Assembly: GCA_030265395.1 (NCBI GenBank) | Contig: JARFYF010000051.1 | Span: forward strand, 25,602,201-25,666,200 | Origin: Rhina ancylostomus | Taxonomy: Eukaryota | Reading direction: 5' to 3' | DNA length: 64,000 nucleotides | Shown here: in pieces, positions 40,136 through 54,064 of the stretch | Numbering within the stretch: the stretch's first letter is position 1 | Layout: every line of letters starts with the position of its first letter | Program-made: the position numbers and the translations under genes | Notes under the pieces: model-generated | The model's database searches: none | Seen by the model: only the letters and a program-made list of their open reading frames with translations | Told to the model about the DNA's origin: nothing

Positions 40136-40625
40136 TAAAAACAGAAAATGCTGGAAATGCTCAGCAGGTCATCTGCTGAGTAAGAAACAGTGAATGATTC
40201 AAGCTGGTGATACATCTTCATCAGAACTGGAAAATGTTCCAGGTAGCAAGGTGGGGGGGGGGGGGTAAAAGGTGGAGTGAACAAGAGGGAAAGACTGTAA
40301 AAGAATGGGAGACAATAGAGTAACTGACAAATGGGTTGAAGGCACAAGAGAAAAAGGATTAATAACGGGCCATGCAAAGAAACAAATGAGAGGCTTTGTA
40401 AATGACAATCAAGAATGGACTCAGGGAACACACCCTTTCTTCCCTCTTACTCCATCCTTTCCTCAGTACACGTGTAAAACCTGCCATGTTGTTAACATTT
40501 CCCAGTTCTGACAGAGGATGAATTTTCTGAGACATAATCTTTCTTTCTCACTCCACAAATAATCCCTGGCCCACTGTGTATTTCCAGCAATTTTTGTTTC
40601 AGATTTGGAGCATATGCAATGTTTT
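40136..40625. mobile_element. Penelope-derived element with inverted termini
   Basis: Left aaaacagaaaatgctggaaatgctcagcaggtc...cttcatcagaactgg; right ccagttctgacagagg...tatttccagcaatttttgtttcagattt. Confidence 0.65.
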
Positions 40626-40967
40626 GCTGTCAGAACAGAAACAAGACTGGCCTTTGGTGAGGAGCCTCTCACACTTGAAGCTGAAATGTATTGTGCGACA
40701 CTTGCCTTGCCCACCTCCAGAAGGTAATCTAGGCAACAATAAATCCCATCTGCAAACTATGATATCACAGCTGCATTCATAGCTTTGCCATGTTTTGAAA
40801 CTGTCAAGGTTTCTCAGTGCATCTAAATGTCTCCAATGCTGCCATTGACCTTAAAGAAGACTGTCAAAAAGGTTCATGTTCTGCAATCTTTGCCACACCC
40901 TCTGACCATAGCCAACTACAGAAGGCTTTGCTGCCTGGAAGCTGAGCATCCTGTTAATTAGAAATAG

Positions 40968-41055
40968 GAACAGAAAATGCTGGAAACATCCAACAGATCA
41001 GGCAGCGCCTACGAAAAGAGAAACAGTTCGGGTGCAAGACTCTTCCTCAGATCCC
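40968..41055 (-). mobile_element. Penelope terminal remnant
   Basis: cagaaaatgctggaaacatccaacagatcaggcagcgcct. Confidence 0.6.
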
Positions 41056-41547
41056 GTTATTCTGATTGGTCACCAAGTGGCAGAAGTGGTCGAGGTCCTG
41101 GCATTAAATTCAGCCAGAATGCAGAAAACCTGAGACTTTGGGTGCCCTGCCCCAATCTCTCACCCATAAATACTAGGACCCATGTTTCACCACCAAACGC
41201 TGAACTTTGATGTTTTTCTATTACCCCTCTAGCACTTTTTCATCTCTGTAAGAGACCATCCCACAATCTCCATGTAAAATCACTGACTATCCCTGTCTCA
41301 CTGGACCACCATCATCCTATGCCCACCCCCACTACCTCCTCCTCCAGCTCTCCACCAGCTTCCTTGCTAAAATATTCTTCAATATCTCTTCCTGTAGCCT
41401 TCGCATCAAGTTAACACTTTTTAAAAAATCTTTTTAATCTTCAGCTCCACAGATTCCTCTCCTTTGAGGTCATTACACTGATATCTCCTTCAATGGCGGA
41501 ATCACAGAAAGATTACAACATTGAAAGATGCCATGGGCCTGTTGAGT

Positions 41548-41882
41548 ACCTTTTTCCCAGGGCTGAAGTGTCTAATACGTGAAGGCATACATTTAAGGTG
41601 ACAGGGGGTGAGTTCAAAGGAGATGTGCGGTACAATTTTTTTTTACACAAAGTGTGGTGAATACCTGGAATGTGCTGCCAGGGGTGGTGGCAGAGGCAAA
41701 TACGATAGGGGTGTTCAAGAAGCTCTTAGATAGGCACAGGAATGTGCAGGAAATGGAAGGATGTGGACATTGTGTAGGCAGAAGGGATTTGTTCAGTTGG
41801 GCATTTGATTACTAATTTACTTAGTTTGGCACAACATTGTGGGCTGAAGTCCTGTTCCTGCTGTACTGTTCTATGTTCTAAC
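41548..41882 (+). mobile_element. Relatively young CR1 3' end
   Basis: FKVTGGEFKGDVR..FFTQ.VVNTWNVLP motif; tail ctgtactgttctatgttcta. Confidence 0.88.
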
Positions 41883-42089
41883 ATAAAGCCGATGTGTTTG
41901 CACCCGTTGATAATATGAATGTGAGCCAGTCCAATGTTTGAAATACATACAAAACCCAGTCAATAAGAATATAGGAAGTAGAAGCAGAGCTTGATTAGTC
42001 ATTACAAAACTCTTAGTGCCTCACCCACTATGCCGTTACATATTGTTATGTCAAAAAATCTATCAATCTCAGCATTGAATGTATTGCAG

Positions 42090-42570
42090 GGAAGGTTGAC
42101 GTAAAAATGCACAGGTAGGTTGGTGTTGATGAAACTGTACAGGCTTTTGGTGACACCTGGGCTACTTACTACATGCAGTTTTGGTCTCCTTATTTAAGAA
42201 AGGAATTCAGAGAAGTTTCACTAGATTGGTTCCTGGGATGAAGAAGGTGCCCTATAAGGAAAGGTTGTGTAGAATGTGCAGATACTTACTGGAATTTAGA
42301 ACAATTGAAGGTGGCCTTGTTGAAACAGAGTGGGCTTGACTCAAGTCTCCTTTTCAGAAAAGGGGTCCACAATTTAAGATAGAGATGAGAAGGAATTTCT
42401 TGAAGGTTCTGGAAGCAAAGCTAAGACAGATTTTTGAGCTATGAGGTATTCAAGGGAAATGGGGAACAGGCAGGTGCACAGAGTTGAGCCTAGTAGTTTG
42501 GATCAGCCATGATATTACTGAATGTCAGAGCAAGTCTGGTTTACTCCTCCTTCAGCGTGTTCTCATGTTC
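42090..42570 (+). mobile_element. Old CR1 fragment
   Basis: aaactgtacaggcttttggtgacacc...cagttttggtctccttatttaagaaagga. Confidence 0.7.
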
Positions 42571-42574
42571 AACA

Positions 42575-43850
42575 ACTGAACACCAGAACCTGCTGAGCTA
42601 TAGAAGTTTAAAGGTTTACAGTCCTCTCCACAATTCTTTTCATCTTAGTCCTTGATGGTTGACTGCTAATCATGAAACTGTGTTTCCCAGTTTTAAATTC
42701 TGTAGCCTGAGGACATATCTCTCAGCATCTAACTTGGCAATCTCTTTCAGCATCATCTGTGTCTCAAGTAGATCATTTTTCATGCTTCTGAACTCCAATG
42801 AGCAGAGAACAATTCTACTTTAATTTGATGTTCTATATACTTCTCAAAGATCAACTTCCTCATCACAGTATCAATTTGATAGATCTTTTCTACACTAACT
42901 CTAAAGCCAGGGCATCCTTCCTGAAATATCCTTTCTAAACACATGCTATTATACAAATAGTGTCTCGTCAGAGCCAATACTTCTATATTCCAACCTCATT
43001 GCTATTGAGGCCATATCATTTGCCTTCCTGTTTGTGCATGTTGACTTGTTCTATTTTATGAACCTCTTCACCTTGATCCATCTATACACCGACATTTATT
43101 ACCAGGTAAAATAATAATATTCTGTATTTCTATTCATCTTACCAAAATGAATAAGCTCACATCTTCTCACATCCACATGCCACCTTTATGTCCATTTGCT
43201 AACCTGTCCCTGTCCTTTTTGCAGAGTTGCTGAATCCTCACAATGGTCTACTTTCTCATCTAGCTTTGTATCACCAATATATCTGAATACATTGAACTTG
43301 TTTCATCTATGTCATTGATAGACAGTGTAACTATCTAAAGGCCCAATACAGGTTCCATTGAAACCCTGTTAGCAATAGTCAAATTGAAAGATACCCATTT
43401 ATTCATATTCCTTATTCTCTCCTTTAACCAATCTTCTATCCTTATTATTATGTTTTCTCCATCCTTCCACTATCTCTCCATCATCCAATGAGCCCTTACT
43501 TAAGGTGGTAACATTTTGTATGGCACCTCATGAGGAGTCTTTTGAAAATCCATATATATTGCATCTGCTAGTTTCTGCTTATCTACTGTATTCATTAGAG
43601 CTTTCAAAATACCATTATAAATTTGTCAAACACAAAAAATAATTTGAATAAACATGGCTTTGAGTGCCCTTTTACCACATTCTTAATGATGTATCCCAGC
43701 ATTGACTCTTGGCATCAAACTAAGTGGTCTGTAGACTCTATTTTCTCTCTCCTTTCCTTCAAGTGTTGTTGCATTTGCGGCCTTTCAAACTGCTGGCACT
43801 GTTCCAGAAACTAGTGGCTTTTGGAAGATCATCACAGATGGATCCATTAT
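42575..43850 (-). mobile_element. Old CR1 RT fragment
   Basis: Reverse-complemented RT motifs: ttttgaaaatccatatatattgcatc (DAIYMDFQK) and ctttgtatcaccaatat (DTK). Confidence 0.7.
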
Positions 43851-43884
43851 CAATGGAACCACCTCATAGTTCCAAAAAGCATAT

Positions 43885-44140
43885 TTGATCTTGATCTTGG
43901 GTGCTGTCTGTGTGGAGTTTGCACATTTTCTGCATTATCACAAGTGCTCCAATTTCCTCCCACATGCGAAAGACATGCCAGTTAGTATTTTGATTGGCTA
44001 CAATAAATTGTCCCCAGTGTAGGTGGGTGCCAGGAAAATCGTGAAGGAATGTGTTGGGAGGAGTTGATGGGATATATTTTAGTGTACTTGGGTGCAGGCA
44101 TAGTGATTCAAAGGGCCTGCTTCTCCATGTCTTTATGATC
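43885..44140 (+). mobile_element. V-SINE
   Basis: ggtgctgtctgtgtggagtttgcacatttt...tttcctcccacatgcgaaagacatgc; tail aagggcctgct. Confidence 0.8.
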
Positions 44141-45094
44141 CGGGACGTAGGCTATCAGGTCCACTGGATTTGTTCAGTTTCAGTCCCCTTAATTTCTTTC
44201 GTCTTTTTATTTTTCTAGAAATGTAATTACTTTAGGTTAATTTAATCATTCTGTAAATTGTAATTCATTAGTAAGACCAAAGGCAAGATAATATTGTGCC
44301 ATTTTGGCAATTCTACCTCTTAAAAGGACATGAATGCATTAAAAATATTCTTTGAAAAGATCACCAGCCTTTCAGCTCCAAATTATGGGTGATAGCTGAT
44401 GGAATCAAAGGGAAGTCTGCATGGAACAGTGATCCTGCTTTGTACAAGGGGGGGAAGGCAAATCAGAAGTTTTGAAGGTGAATCCCTGGACTTTCAGCAG
44501 TTCCAGAGATATTTGCTCTTCACTGGAAGTGTCTTTATACATTTTCAGCATACACTGATACTGCAGCACTCAGACATGAGAAGCCACAAAGTTAAAAGTT
44601 ATCAACTATCTTAATGCAAATGAAAAACCTGATCACTTTGGATCTATCTTTCCTCTATTTTCTTTTTTAATGTTTAGTTTAACATTTGCTTCTATAAACA
44701 ATCATTTTTAGTTCAAACATCAGAACTACCTGTTTCCTCTACTCTGTTTCCACCATCCACATTAAGAGGTAAGAGTATTGTTGGGGAGAGAAAATGAATG
44801 CTTTGTAGTGATTAAACAAATGCAAAATTAGCTTTACAAGTGAGAATGATTTAAAAATTAAATCACCAAAATCATATGTGACTAAACCCAATGTTGCTGT
44901 GTTTGAAGGTTTAAAACTGCAAGAATTGCTACCATTCAAGGAAACACATTGGCAACTACCAAGTCCCAAGTGAATATACTCAAAGTGAGGAGGTACAATT
45001 TCATATTGTGCCCTAAAAAGAAGGGTGTATTATGGAAAAATATTCAGTTCATTAATTATAGAATGTAGTGTATGTAAACATGGATAAAGAGAGT

Positions 45095-45775
45095 AAGTTT
45101 AGAGTTCAAGTCCATAGTTCCCTGAAAGTGGCAACACGTAGGGTGCTGACGAAGGCATATGGTATACTTGTTTTCATATGTTAAAGCACAGAATATAAAA
45201 GTTGGGATGTTATGTTGCAACCTTACAAAATACTGCTTAGATCACACTTGGAGTACTGGGTGTAGTTCTGGTCATCATGCAATAGGAAGGATGTGGTTGT
45301 GTTGGAGAATGCAGAGGAGATTCAGCAGAATATTGCCTGGATTGGAGGACTTTTGTTATGGGGAGTAATAGGACAGGCTGGGCTTGTTTTCCCTGGAGTA
45401 AAGGAGGCTGAGGGGTGACCTAATAGAGGTATATAACATTATAAGGCGCATAGATGGGGTGGATAATCAGAATCTGTTTCCCATGGTAGGGGCATCAACA
45501 ACAAGAGGGCACAAGTTTAAAGTGAGAGGAAGGAGTTTTAAAAGGGATTTGAGGGGAAAGTTCTGAATTTAAAAAAAGAGCGGTTGATATCTGGAAATCA
45601 TTGCTGGGGAGGTGGTAGAATCAGATACAATCACTACATTTAAGAGACATTTACACTAGCACTTGAATGTGGATCTATTGCAGGCAACTGGGATTTGTGT
45701 AGACAGACAAAAACACTGGCATGGACATTGGGGGCCAAAAAGGCCTGTTTCTGAGCTGTTCAATTCTTTGATTCA
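45095..45775 (+). mobile_element. CR1/HER1-type LINE 3' fragment
   Basis: gtccatagttccctgaaagtggcaaca, MQRRFSRILPGLE, GDLIEVY; tail ggcctgtttctgagctg. Confidence 0.88.
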
Positions 45776-46819
45776 ATGAGATATCATCTTTACAAAAAGT
45801 TCCTGAAACAAATGAGAGAGGGTATTTTAGCTAATGTTTTTCTTAGTTGGGGAATAAGACAAATTAAAGAGAGGTGGAGATTCGCACCTTCAACAGATGC
45901 TGTTTAATGAATGAAATGAGAGAGTTATCCTGTTTTCCCTGTCTACATGTTAACACTTTACATTTGTGATTCATTGTTGAGAAATAGCATTTTTTGATTG
46001 ACTTTACTGATATACACTTTCAGTACTTCTCTATTTCTGTTTATTACCCTATTATGCACTTAACTGTCTTTGGAAAATGTGTTTTGTAAAGTCTCAGGAG
46101 TAATAACCTAGAGCACACCAATAATGAGGCCTGCTATTAAGCTACTAAGCAAAATAATAACAGTGCAAGGAAAATTTCCTGAAGGAACTTGTTCACAGCA
46201 GTACTGACAGCAAGCATGTATGGTACGAGCAAGTTGACAACAACATTTTATTCTTTTACTCCCTCCAAGCATAGATCAGGGAAACAGGTGGGAATAAAAA
46301 ATCCCACTGCAGAATCCTCAACCCACACTGAAAGCGCATGATAGCATTCATCATTATGACCAGCATGGCCATCATCAGTAGGACAGCAGCAACATTTGGA
46401 ACAAACACATCCCAAAACGATAAACTGTACCGCTGACAATCAACTTCAAGAACATCCATTTTAATTCTATTAAATGGGTAGGACAGACAGAAGCATTGCA
46501 AACTTGTTGCACCTTTAACAACTCNNNNNNNNNNNNNNNCTGCAGCAGGATTTCATAACCATATTTATTTCATTATCCCCTCGTAGACTTTCAATTGAAA
46601 GAAACAAATAAGAATGGTGCAAATTTCAATTACTAGAACTTGCAGCTGCACTGAAGGCTAAACTGCCAACATTCAAAGACATTGCTGCATAAAACCTCTG
46701 GGATTTACACTTTCTAACAAAGTATCTTATCAATACAATCGAAATAATCAATGACCTAATGTGAACAATTCACTTTTTATTTTACATGCCTTTGAACATG
46801 TTAAGCAAAAACAGAAAAT

Positions 46820-47130
46820 ATTTCAAGTGCTCATCTAAATATGTCTTAACTGTTCTCACAATAGCTACCTCCACTACCCTCTCAAGCAGAGTGCTCCAGG
46901 GTAAAAAAAAATCTTCCTCAAGACCCCTGTAAATCACCCAGCCCTATGTTAAACTTAAGCCCTTTGGATATAGGCACTTCCGCTATGCTTCTCACTATCT
47001 ATCCAATGTATGCCCCTCATAACTTTGTACACCTCATTCAGGTCCCCCCTCAGGCTTCCCAGCTCCAAGGAAAATAAATTCAGCCAATCCAGCCTCTCCT
47101 CATAGCTGAAATGTTCTATCCCCAGGTAAC
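46820..47130 (-). mobile_element. CR1 3' fragment
   Basis: cccctcataactttgtacacctc..caggtccccc..tccaaggaaaataa. Confidence 0.75.
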
Positions 47131-47249
47131 ATTGTCTCTTTCTTTTTCCTCAGCTGTGGTTTCCCCTTCCCTCTCAACTGTGTTTCCTTTAGGCCCCGCT
47201 CTTCTGCTCTCACTGACTCTCCTTGCAACCAAACAAGGGTGGGTTTTAA

Positions 47250-47970
47250 TCTCTATTCCACACCCACTCTAATCTCGGCCTCTTAAATTGTCCCAACACT
47301 GACCAAAATAAACTCAAGGAATAGATGCCTTCTGCCTATCACATTGCAGCCCTCAGAACACAATATTGAATTTAACAATTTCTGGTAACTGCCTTTTTCT
47401 TTCTCTGTTTATAGATGTGGATGTACCTTTCTGTTGCAGTTTGTTTCTATATTTCTTTTTCTGTCTCCAAATGTCTATTTTTAAAGTAATTGTTACCTTG
47501 ACATCTTCAGCCTGCACCACAAACATTCCATCTTCTCTCTCTAGTCATGCTTTCTGCAGTGCTCTGCAATTTAAACTTAGTTCTGTTATGTTCCTGGTAC
47601 ACTGCTACATCTTTCAAATAGGCAGCATACTGCCAAAATTGGGTTCAACAATTTCAAACTATTCCCCTTTTACACATACTCCAGAATCATCCTTCGTTTT
47701 TTTTCCAGAAGTTAGAACAGTATTGGACCCTTCTGCCATGCATTGTCACCCCTTTGTCACTTAATTTCTCTGGCCCACCTTCTATCCTATCACAGACACT
47801 TATTTTGTTCTTTCATCCGAACCTTTCTTTCTCTTCATCTTAAATCTGTAAACTACACACAAGTTTCTTTGATTCCGATGAATTGTCATCAACATGAAAT
47901 GTTAACTCTGTTTATCTTTCCACTGGCTGACCTGATTATTTGCAGCATTTTCTGATTTTATTTTAAGTTC
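47250..47970 (+). mobile_element. Penelope-like element 3' end: GIY-YIG endonuclease C-terminus plus terminal repeat
   Basis: LGLLNC..QNKLKE..LSTLQPSEHNIEFNNF* resembles the PLE ending KLEEQHLIFRLGTLQPxGLNIEFxNF; ends with ccgatgaattgtcatcaacatgaaatgttaactc and the agcattttctgattttatttt terminus. Confidence 0.7.
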
Positions 47971-48944
47971 CCCCATTCCCTTCCCTGCTTTCTAAAGTTT
48001 TCTCAATCACATTTCTTCATTGTGCTTTTTGCCTTTTGAACCCTATTCACTTCTGATGTAAGTTCATTCCAACTGTGGGGAACACAAGTTGTCATTGCAT
48101 GGGGGTACATGGAAAAATGTTTCAACCTAAGGATTTTGATATCAGAAAAAAAATGATTGGAAATGGGGTGTAAAAGACAGAGCTTTCTTACAATGTAACT
48201 TTCTGAGAATGTGGCAGTGCAAAATAACATTCACCAAAACTAGGACTGCTGGGACAGTCCATGCATATTTTCTGATGGGGATAAAGTAAAATAACTGAAA
48301 GATGAACTGTAAAGTGAAAGAAATGGTTGAAGTGCATCCAATGGGAGTAGCAGGAGGTCAAGTTGTTCGAGAGTTTACAGAATTACAGGTCTGTGGACAT
48401 CTCTTATTTGGAGCAAACTAAGACAAGATAGAATAATCTATAAACAGCAAACTTAAGAAAAAACATTTTATGCACTTTCAATGGTTATTAAGACATTTGT
48501 GGTATAGTTGTTATTTGCAGTGAAGTGCTTTTAAACTGAAGGGAAACAGATTTTGCATTGAGGTCAAAGGTATCTTTGTACTGGTTTGAAACACAGATGC
48601 TGATTTCAAACAACCTAGATGGAGTCAGTTCCCTGCACACAAACAATTGTTTGTGTTTGTCAGCGGAGACTTAGCAGTAAGAAAGGTTTGCTTAGCACCA
48701 GTGGCAGCTCTAAGTACACTGAAAAAATAATGAAAAAATGTTAAAGTTAGAATCAAATTTATACATGGGGAAAAAGGTTCATTATTCAAGTATCTGGTAA
48801 TGAAAAGGCTATAGAAAAGGTTTTGAACAAAGGTTTTGTAATTTTGTAAATGGTGTAGAAAATAATATTCCAGTTATACCTGTAATTGCCAAATTTATAC
48901 TTTTACTGTTTTATTTATTGTGAGTCATTTCTTTGTTAAATGTG

Positions 48945-50005
48945 AATCAGCACAGAATTCAGTGCTCCAACCCCCTCTGTCCATGCTGGCCATCAGGTAC
49001 CCATCTGTATAAATCCCTTCTACCAGTAAATGGTCTGTAGCCTCCTATGCCTTGGTAATTCACGAGCTCATCTCGATAAGTGTTGTGAAAGTCTCTGCCT
49101 TCACCATGCTCTCTGGCAATGCATTCCAAACTCAAACCACCCAAAAATGTTCTTTATATCTACTCGAAACCTTTTATTCCTTACCTTGAACCTCTGCAAT
49201 CTGGTTACAGACACTTCTGCTTCATGAAAAAGTTTACTGCTGCCCATCCTATCTATGCCCCGTATCATGTTGTACATCTCTATCAGATCCATTCCTCAGC
49301 CTACCCCACTCCAAGGAAAATAAAACCAACCTATCCAGTCCCTCCTTATAATTGAAACACTTCATCCCACACCACATCTCCCTGCACCCTCGCCAGAGTA
49401 ATCATGTCCTTTCTATACTATGATGACTAAAACTACACATAATACTTCAGATATGGCCTCATCAATAATTTATGAAGTTGTACCATAATTCCCCTGCTCT
49501 TAAAAGGCAAGTATCCTATCTGCCTTTTTTACTTTCCTATCTACATGTGCTGATACCTTCAAGGATCTTTTGACTTGTACACCAAGGTCCATCCCTCTGT
49601 TCCTCAATACCCCTTAGTACCCTAGCATTTACTGTGTACGTCCGACTCCAACTTGATCTCCAATAATACATCAACTCAGACTTATCAGGATTCAATTCCA
49701 TCTCCCAGTGCTCTCCCTAATTTACTAGGGAGAGATCAATATCTTTTTGTAGACTAAGGCTATCATCTTACCATCCACAACCGCACCAATTTTTGTCATC
49801 TGCAAACTTACTAATCATACCTCTTACATTAAAATTTAAGTCATTAATATGTATAACAAATATTAAGGGCCCTATTACCAATCCCTGTGATACAGCACTG
49901 GTAATTGACTTTCAATCACCAAAGCAAAACTCCATCATTACCATCAATGTCCTATTCTGGATACAAGTTGCCAATATGCCTTGGATCCTATGGGTTCTAA
50001 CCCTG
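48945..50005 (-). mobile_element. CR1/HER1-type LINE RT and 3' end
   Basis: caatttttgtcatctgcaaacttactaat (ISKFADDKN, reverse complement) and DLIEMYNMIRGIDR. Confidence 0.88.
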
Positions 50006-51499
50006 TCAAGGGTTCATACATGACTTCTATTCAGCCATGGATAAACTACAGAAAAGTTTATTTGTTACAGTGCTGTAACCATTAACTATCATTAGGTTTG
50101 TCAGCTCTGACCCTATACCTGGAAACATCATCATTTGATCTCAGACCTCCAACACCCACCCTTCACTTCCACGTAACTGACTCCATTGGTCACCTGGCAT
50201 GTCTATCTGCATGGTAAACCACCAACCTTATCACCAATATTTTTACAGCTAATAACAAAGAACTTTAAAGAAAAAAAAATAAACAACTTTTCATGATCCT
50301 GTGACCTTACTTCCCCGTTCCCTAAAGCAGTGTCCCGGATGTTATTCACACTCTTGGTTCAATGTGGAAAATATGGCAAGTCTACACATCAAGAAGAAAA
50401 ATCGATACTTGTTTGTGAAAGTAACAGGTTATGAATTACAAAAATATTGTATTGTTCCTTTAAGATGTTATAGCATCAGTCATCTTCAAGGTACAGATTC
50501 AAAACCATCTACATCTCTGGATATCTTAGTTGGAAGTCAGAACAGAAAATGACTGGAGACCTATGAATGAAGTAAAATATTTTTCACTGGCAAAGAAGTT
50601 GGGTGCACCAAGAAGGTAATGACTGTTTTTTATAAACAAGACCAATATCACGGTGGTGAAATGAGACATATGTGCTTATGGAAACATAAGCTGCTTGAAA
50701 ATTAAGTTTTTCATACTCAATATTAACATCAATCAATACAGTTGCTACAGGGAAAACTATACTGTGGAAAGATTATTTAAAATGAAATATTGAAAAAATT
50801 CTCAAAGAATGTACAACATATCATTGATGATATTCCAGTAATACTGAAGCATCTACATTGCCCTTGCCCATTTTCACAAAATAAATCAAAAGTCATAGCT
50901 TGCCAATGAAAGAGTTGATGATACTTCAAAAAAAACTTTGTCATCAATCACTGCAAAGGCCTACATAACCAGAAGTACAGATCCACAAGTACATAACATT
51001 TCAGTCACATGTATACCTTGACACTTCGAACCTGTCAGCAGATTTAACAAAAATACCAGGCAGGGTTATTTTATTTTCTAAAGTAAGCTTGAGGCTTTTG
51101 TCTTTTTCTGTCTGGCTTTTGATATTTGACAATCTTGATCTTTCAGAACATTTCTGTCCTTTATGCCATTTACAATCTTCATGTTCCTGTATTTCTTGTC
51201 ATTATAATTTTCCATATCTGCTGGGTTTTTTTTGTTGAAATCAGGGCCTTTCATGACAGCGTGCATCTGAGAGAGCAGTTTGCACATCCATCCAGTCCCC
51301 AGAGCTGTCTGTGTGCACTACACCCAGTGGGTGAGAACAGCTGTAACTTTGACTTTTCTTTCCATTTCTGTAAGAATGCTGAGCAAGGTTGTGATTTGCT
51401 TTTGTTGTGAGTTAACAGGAATGATTGAAGGACTTCCTTCTTAAAGAAAGATTTGGCCACTTTTTGCATACCTTATGTAGCAGGCATGCGACAAGAGAA

Positions 51500-51800
51500 T
51501 GAGCACTGAATTGGGGCAGAGAAACAAAACAGGAAGCAGGGAAGAGGACAGGAGGCATTTTCAGTAACAGGTTTTTTGAAAGTGAGGAAAATGTCAATGT
51601 GGGGTTGTTTAGTGACATTGCTCCAGATTTAAGGATTTCACTTTCTAATGCATGGAAGGAACAGATAGATGTCAAAGCAGTGAGCCAGAGCTGCTGAAGT
51701 GGAAGAGATGCTACAACATCTGGCTTAGGAGGAATAAGACCATGGACCAATTTGGAAAATAAAACATGGTCGTTGAAGTATTTAAAGTAAAATACTCTAA
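51500..51800 (-). mobile_element. Old L2-like fragment
   Basis: Purine-rich segment ending gaccatggaccaatttggaaaataaaacatgg, similar to 36100-36200. Confidence 0.4.
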
Positions 51801-53633
51801 TGGAAAGTATATAATGGATGGATCTACTAAAAGATGATGTGGTTTAGGTTAATGCACAGTGGAGACAAGACAGAAGAGGGTTCAAGAAATCAATTCCTAA
51901 CATGATAAATGCATGAAGTATTGAAGGAGGTTGTTTAAGCAGGTGATATTTGCAAGTTTCACAATATAGCCTTGAAAATCTAACATATGAATGAGTTAAG
52001 ATTAGGACAATAAATAAGATTGAAGACTACCTGATTCAGGCTGAGCAGACAGCTAGGAAAATGAAGATCTCTTGTGCCAGAGGTGTGTAGTTTGTGCTGG
52101 GAACCAAGAACATTTTCATTTGATTTTGCATTTACCAACACCGAACTGCGTGACTCAGGATAACTTAAGGCAAACAGTTAGATAGTGATAGGTCAGCACT
52201 GGAATTGGTGATGAAATATCTTGAGGGAAGGTTAAATCTTGTGTTTGTGGATGATGTAAAAATATATCCAGACAACAATCCTTCCCCTGTATTTTAAAGA
52301 CTGGGAGCTCTACAAAGTGTTTAGTGCTTACTGGAGGTTGAGCAAACAAAGCCACGGCTCTCCTTTTTATTCAATATCACTGTTTTCTGGATTTTCTGCT
52401 TCAACAACACAAAGCAACTCAGCCACAGACCAAATTCCATTGAAGAAATTATCATAAATCTGCTAAAAACTGGAGCAAAAAAAGTGGTAACTGTTGCTTT
52501 CTTCAAGATGTGCCCCAGGTAACCAATTAATAGCTGTGCCTTCAACATCTTGACATTTACAATAGTCGTCTATGCATAACCTCCATTTCATCAGTGAATG
52601 AATCAATGCCCTTGAAATCTAGTCAATTGTGACGAGGAAGACAATGTCGAGCTTTAGACAAGATCATAGCCATTTCCTCTCTCCGTATCCATGGAAACTT
52701 TGTGAAAAAGTGAAAGATTTATTGAGATTTTTTTTTATTTGCAAAGAAATTCTACTGAAAATGTTCAGTATTCCTTCCAGCTGTGTCACAATTATTTCAG
52801 CAGCCCTGCTTTTGGTGAATGTTATTTTCCACAATCATTCTCAGGAAGTCAAAAGTATGAAACAACCTGACTTAATCGTTTTTCTCCAACTTGCATTATT
52901 TTCTTTACTTTTTTTTTCTGGATCATCAAACAGAGAGGAGGAAATGTTTTCCAATTTTTAAAAAATCTAATATCATCTACTGTCTTTCTTCTCCAATCAA
53001 ATTCAATGCAAGTGGACAAACCTGTCGTTATGAGCAAGCAGGAGGAGAGGAAATGTGGCAAAAGGTTTTAGTCAGACAAAACAGCTCGAAAAATCAATAA
53101 GGAATTGAACTAGCCACAGATGTAACCCAATAGGAATAAGTGTCATTATCTTCATCAAAATAAAACCTTAATTAGTATTTAATATCCCAGTGAAACACAA
53201 AGAAAACTGATAATATTAGCAGACTCAGTGTTTAATGTGCTCGATCAATACACAGCAGGAATCAATAGAGCAAGCAGAACACTGAACTAAATAGTCAAAG
53301 TGATTGACTGCATGTGGAGGATGCCTTTCAAAATTGTACAATGTCTGAGTTAGACCGGTAATCTTGCACATAATGTTGATTGTTATTCATCAAGGCAGAA
53401 ATGTTAAATCAGTGAAATGGCACATAGACTGACCCCCAACTTCCAAGGTCTATGAAGAAAAGAATGGAAAAAATGTGCATCTTGGAAAGTGGCAATTAAA
53501 ATAGTAGCTCACAAAGTTGTATCAGCTAGAAAATGTAAATCCAGAGCATTACTTTAAGTTACATCAAGGATGCAAGGTAAAGTAATACAAGACAATAGCA
53601 GCAAGATCTGATGAAAGATCATTGACGTGAAAT

Positions 53634-54058
53634 GAGGGTTTAAACTAATTTGTGAGGGGGGAGGGAACCGGAGGAATAGGTCAGGGGAAGAAGAGGATGG
53701 GGAAAAGTTAGATCAAACAGGTAGAGAGGCTTTGGGGAAGGAGAGTACAAAGAGTACAAGGAGAGGCTGAAAAGTAGTAAGGTGGATGGACTGAAGTGCG
53801 TTTATGTAAATGCAAGAAGCATCAGGAATAAGGGAGATGAACTGAGGGCTTGGATAAGTATGGGGGACTTTGATATTGTGGCNNNNNNNNNNNNNNNNNN
53901 NNNNNNNNNNNNNNNNNNNNNNNNNNNNNNNNNNNNNNNNNNNNNNNNNNNNNNNNNNNNNNNNNNNNNNNNNNNNNNNNNNGATAGTGTGAGGTGTGGT
54001 TTGATGGACGGCACAACATGGTGGGCCGAAGGGCCTGTATTGTGCTGTATTGTTCTAT
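53634..54058 (+). mobile_element. CR1 LINE with ORF2 start (AP endonuclease) and 3' tail flanking an unsized gap; probably a long collapsed copy
   Basis: LKCVYVNARSIRNKGDELRAWISMGDFDIV is the CR1 APE N-terminus; after the gap comes the tail gtgggccgaagggcctgtattgtgctgtattgttctatg. Confidence 0.88.
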
Positions 54059-54064
54059 GAAAAC

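Noticed and set aside
45258-45278. Reverse-strand HDDQNY resembling RhoGAP SDDQNYR
   Set aside because: Lies inside a CR1 LINE and is the antisense of its CVQFWS motif.
52332-52459. 128-bp minus-strand segment with good AG and GTAAGC sites
   Set aside because: The only open frame has no similarity to TAFA or GRAF proteins; pseudo-exons like this are common.
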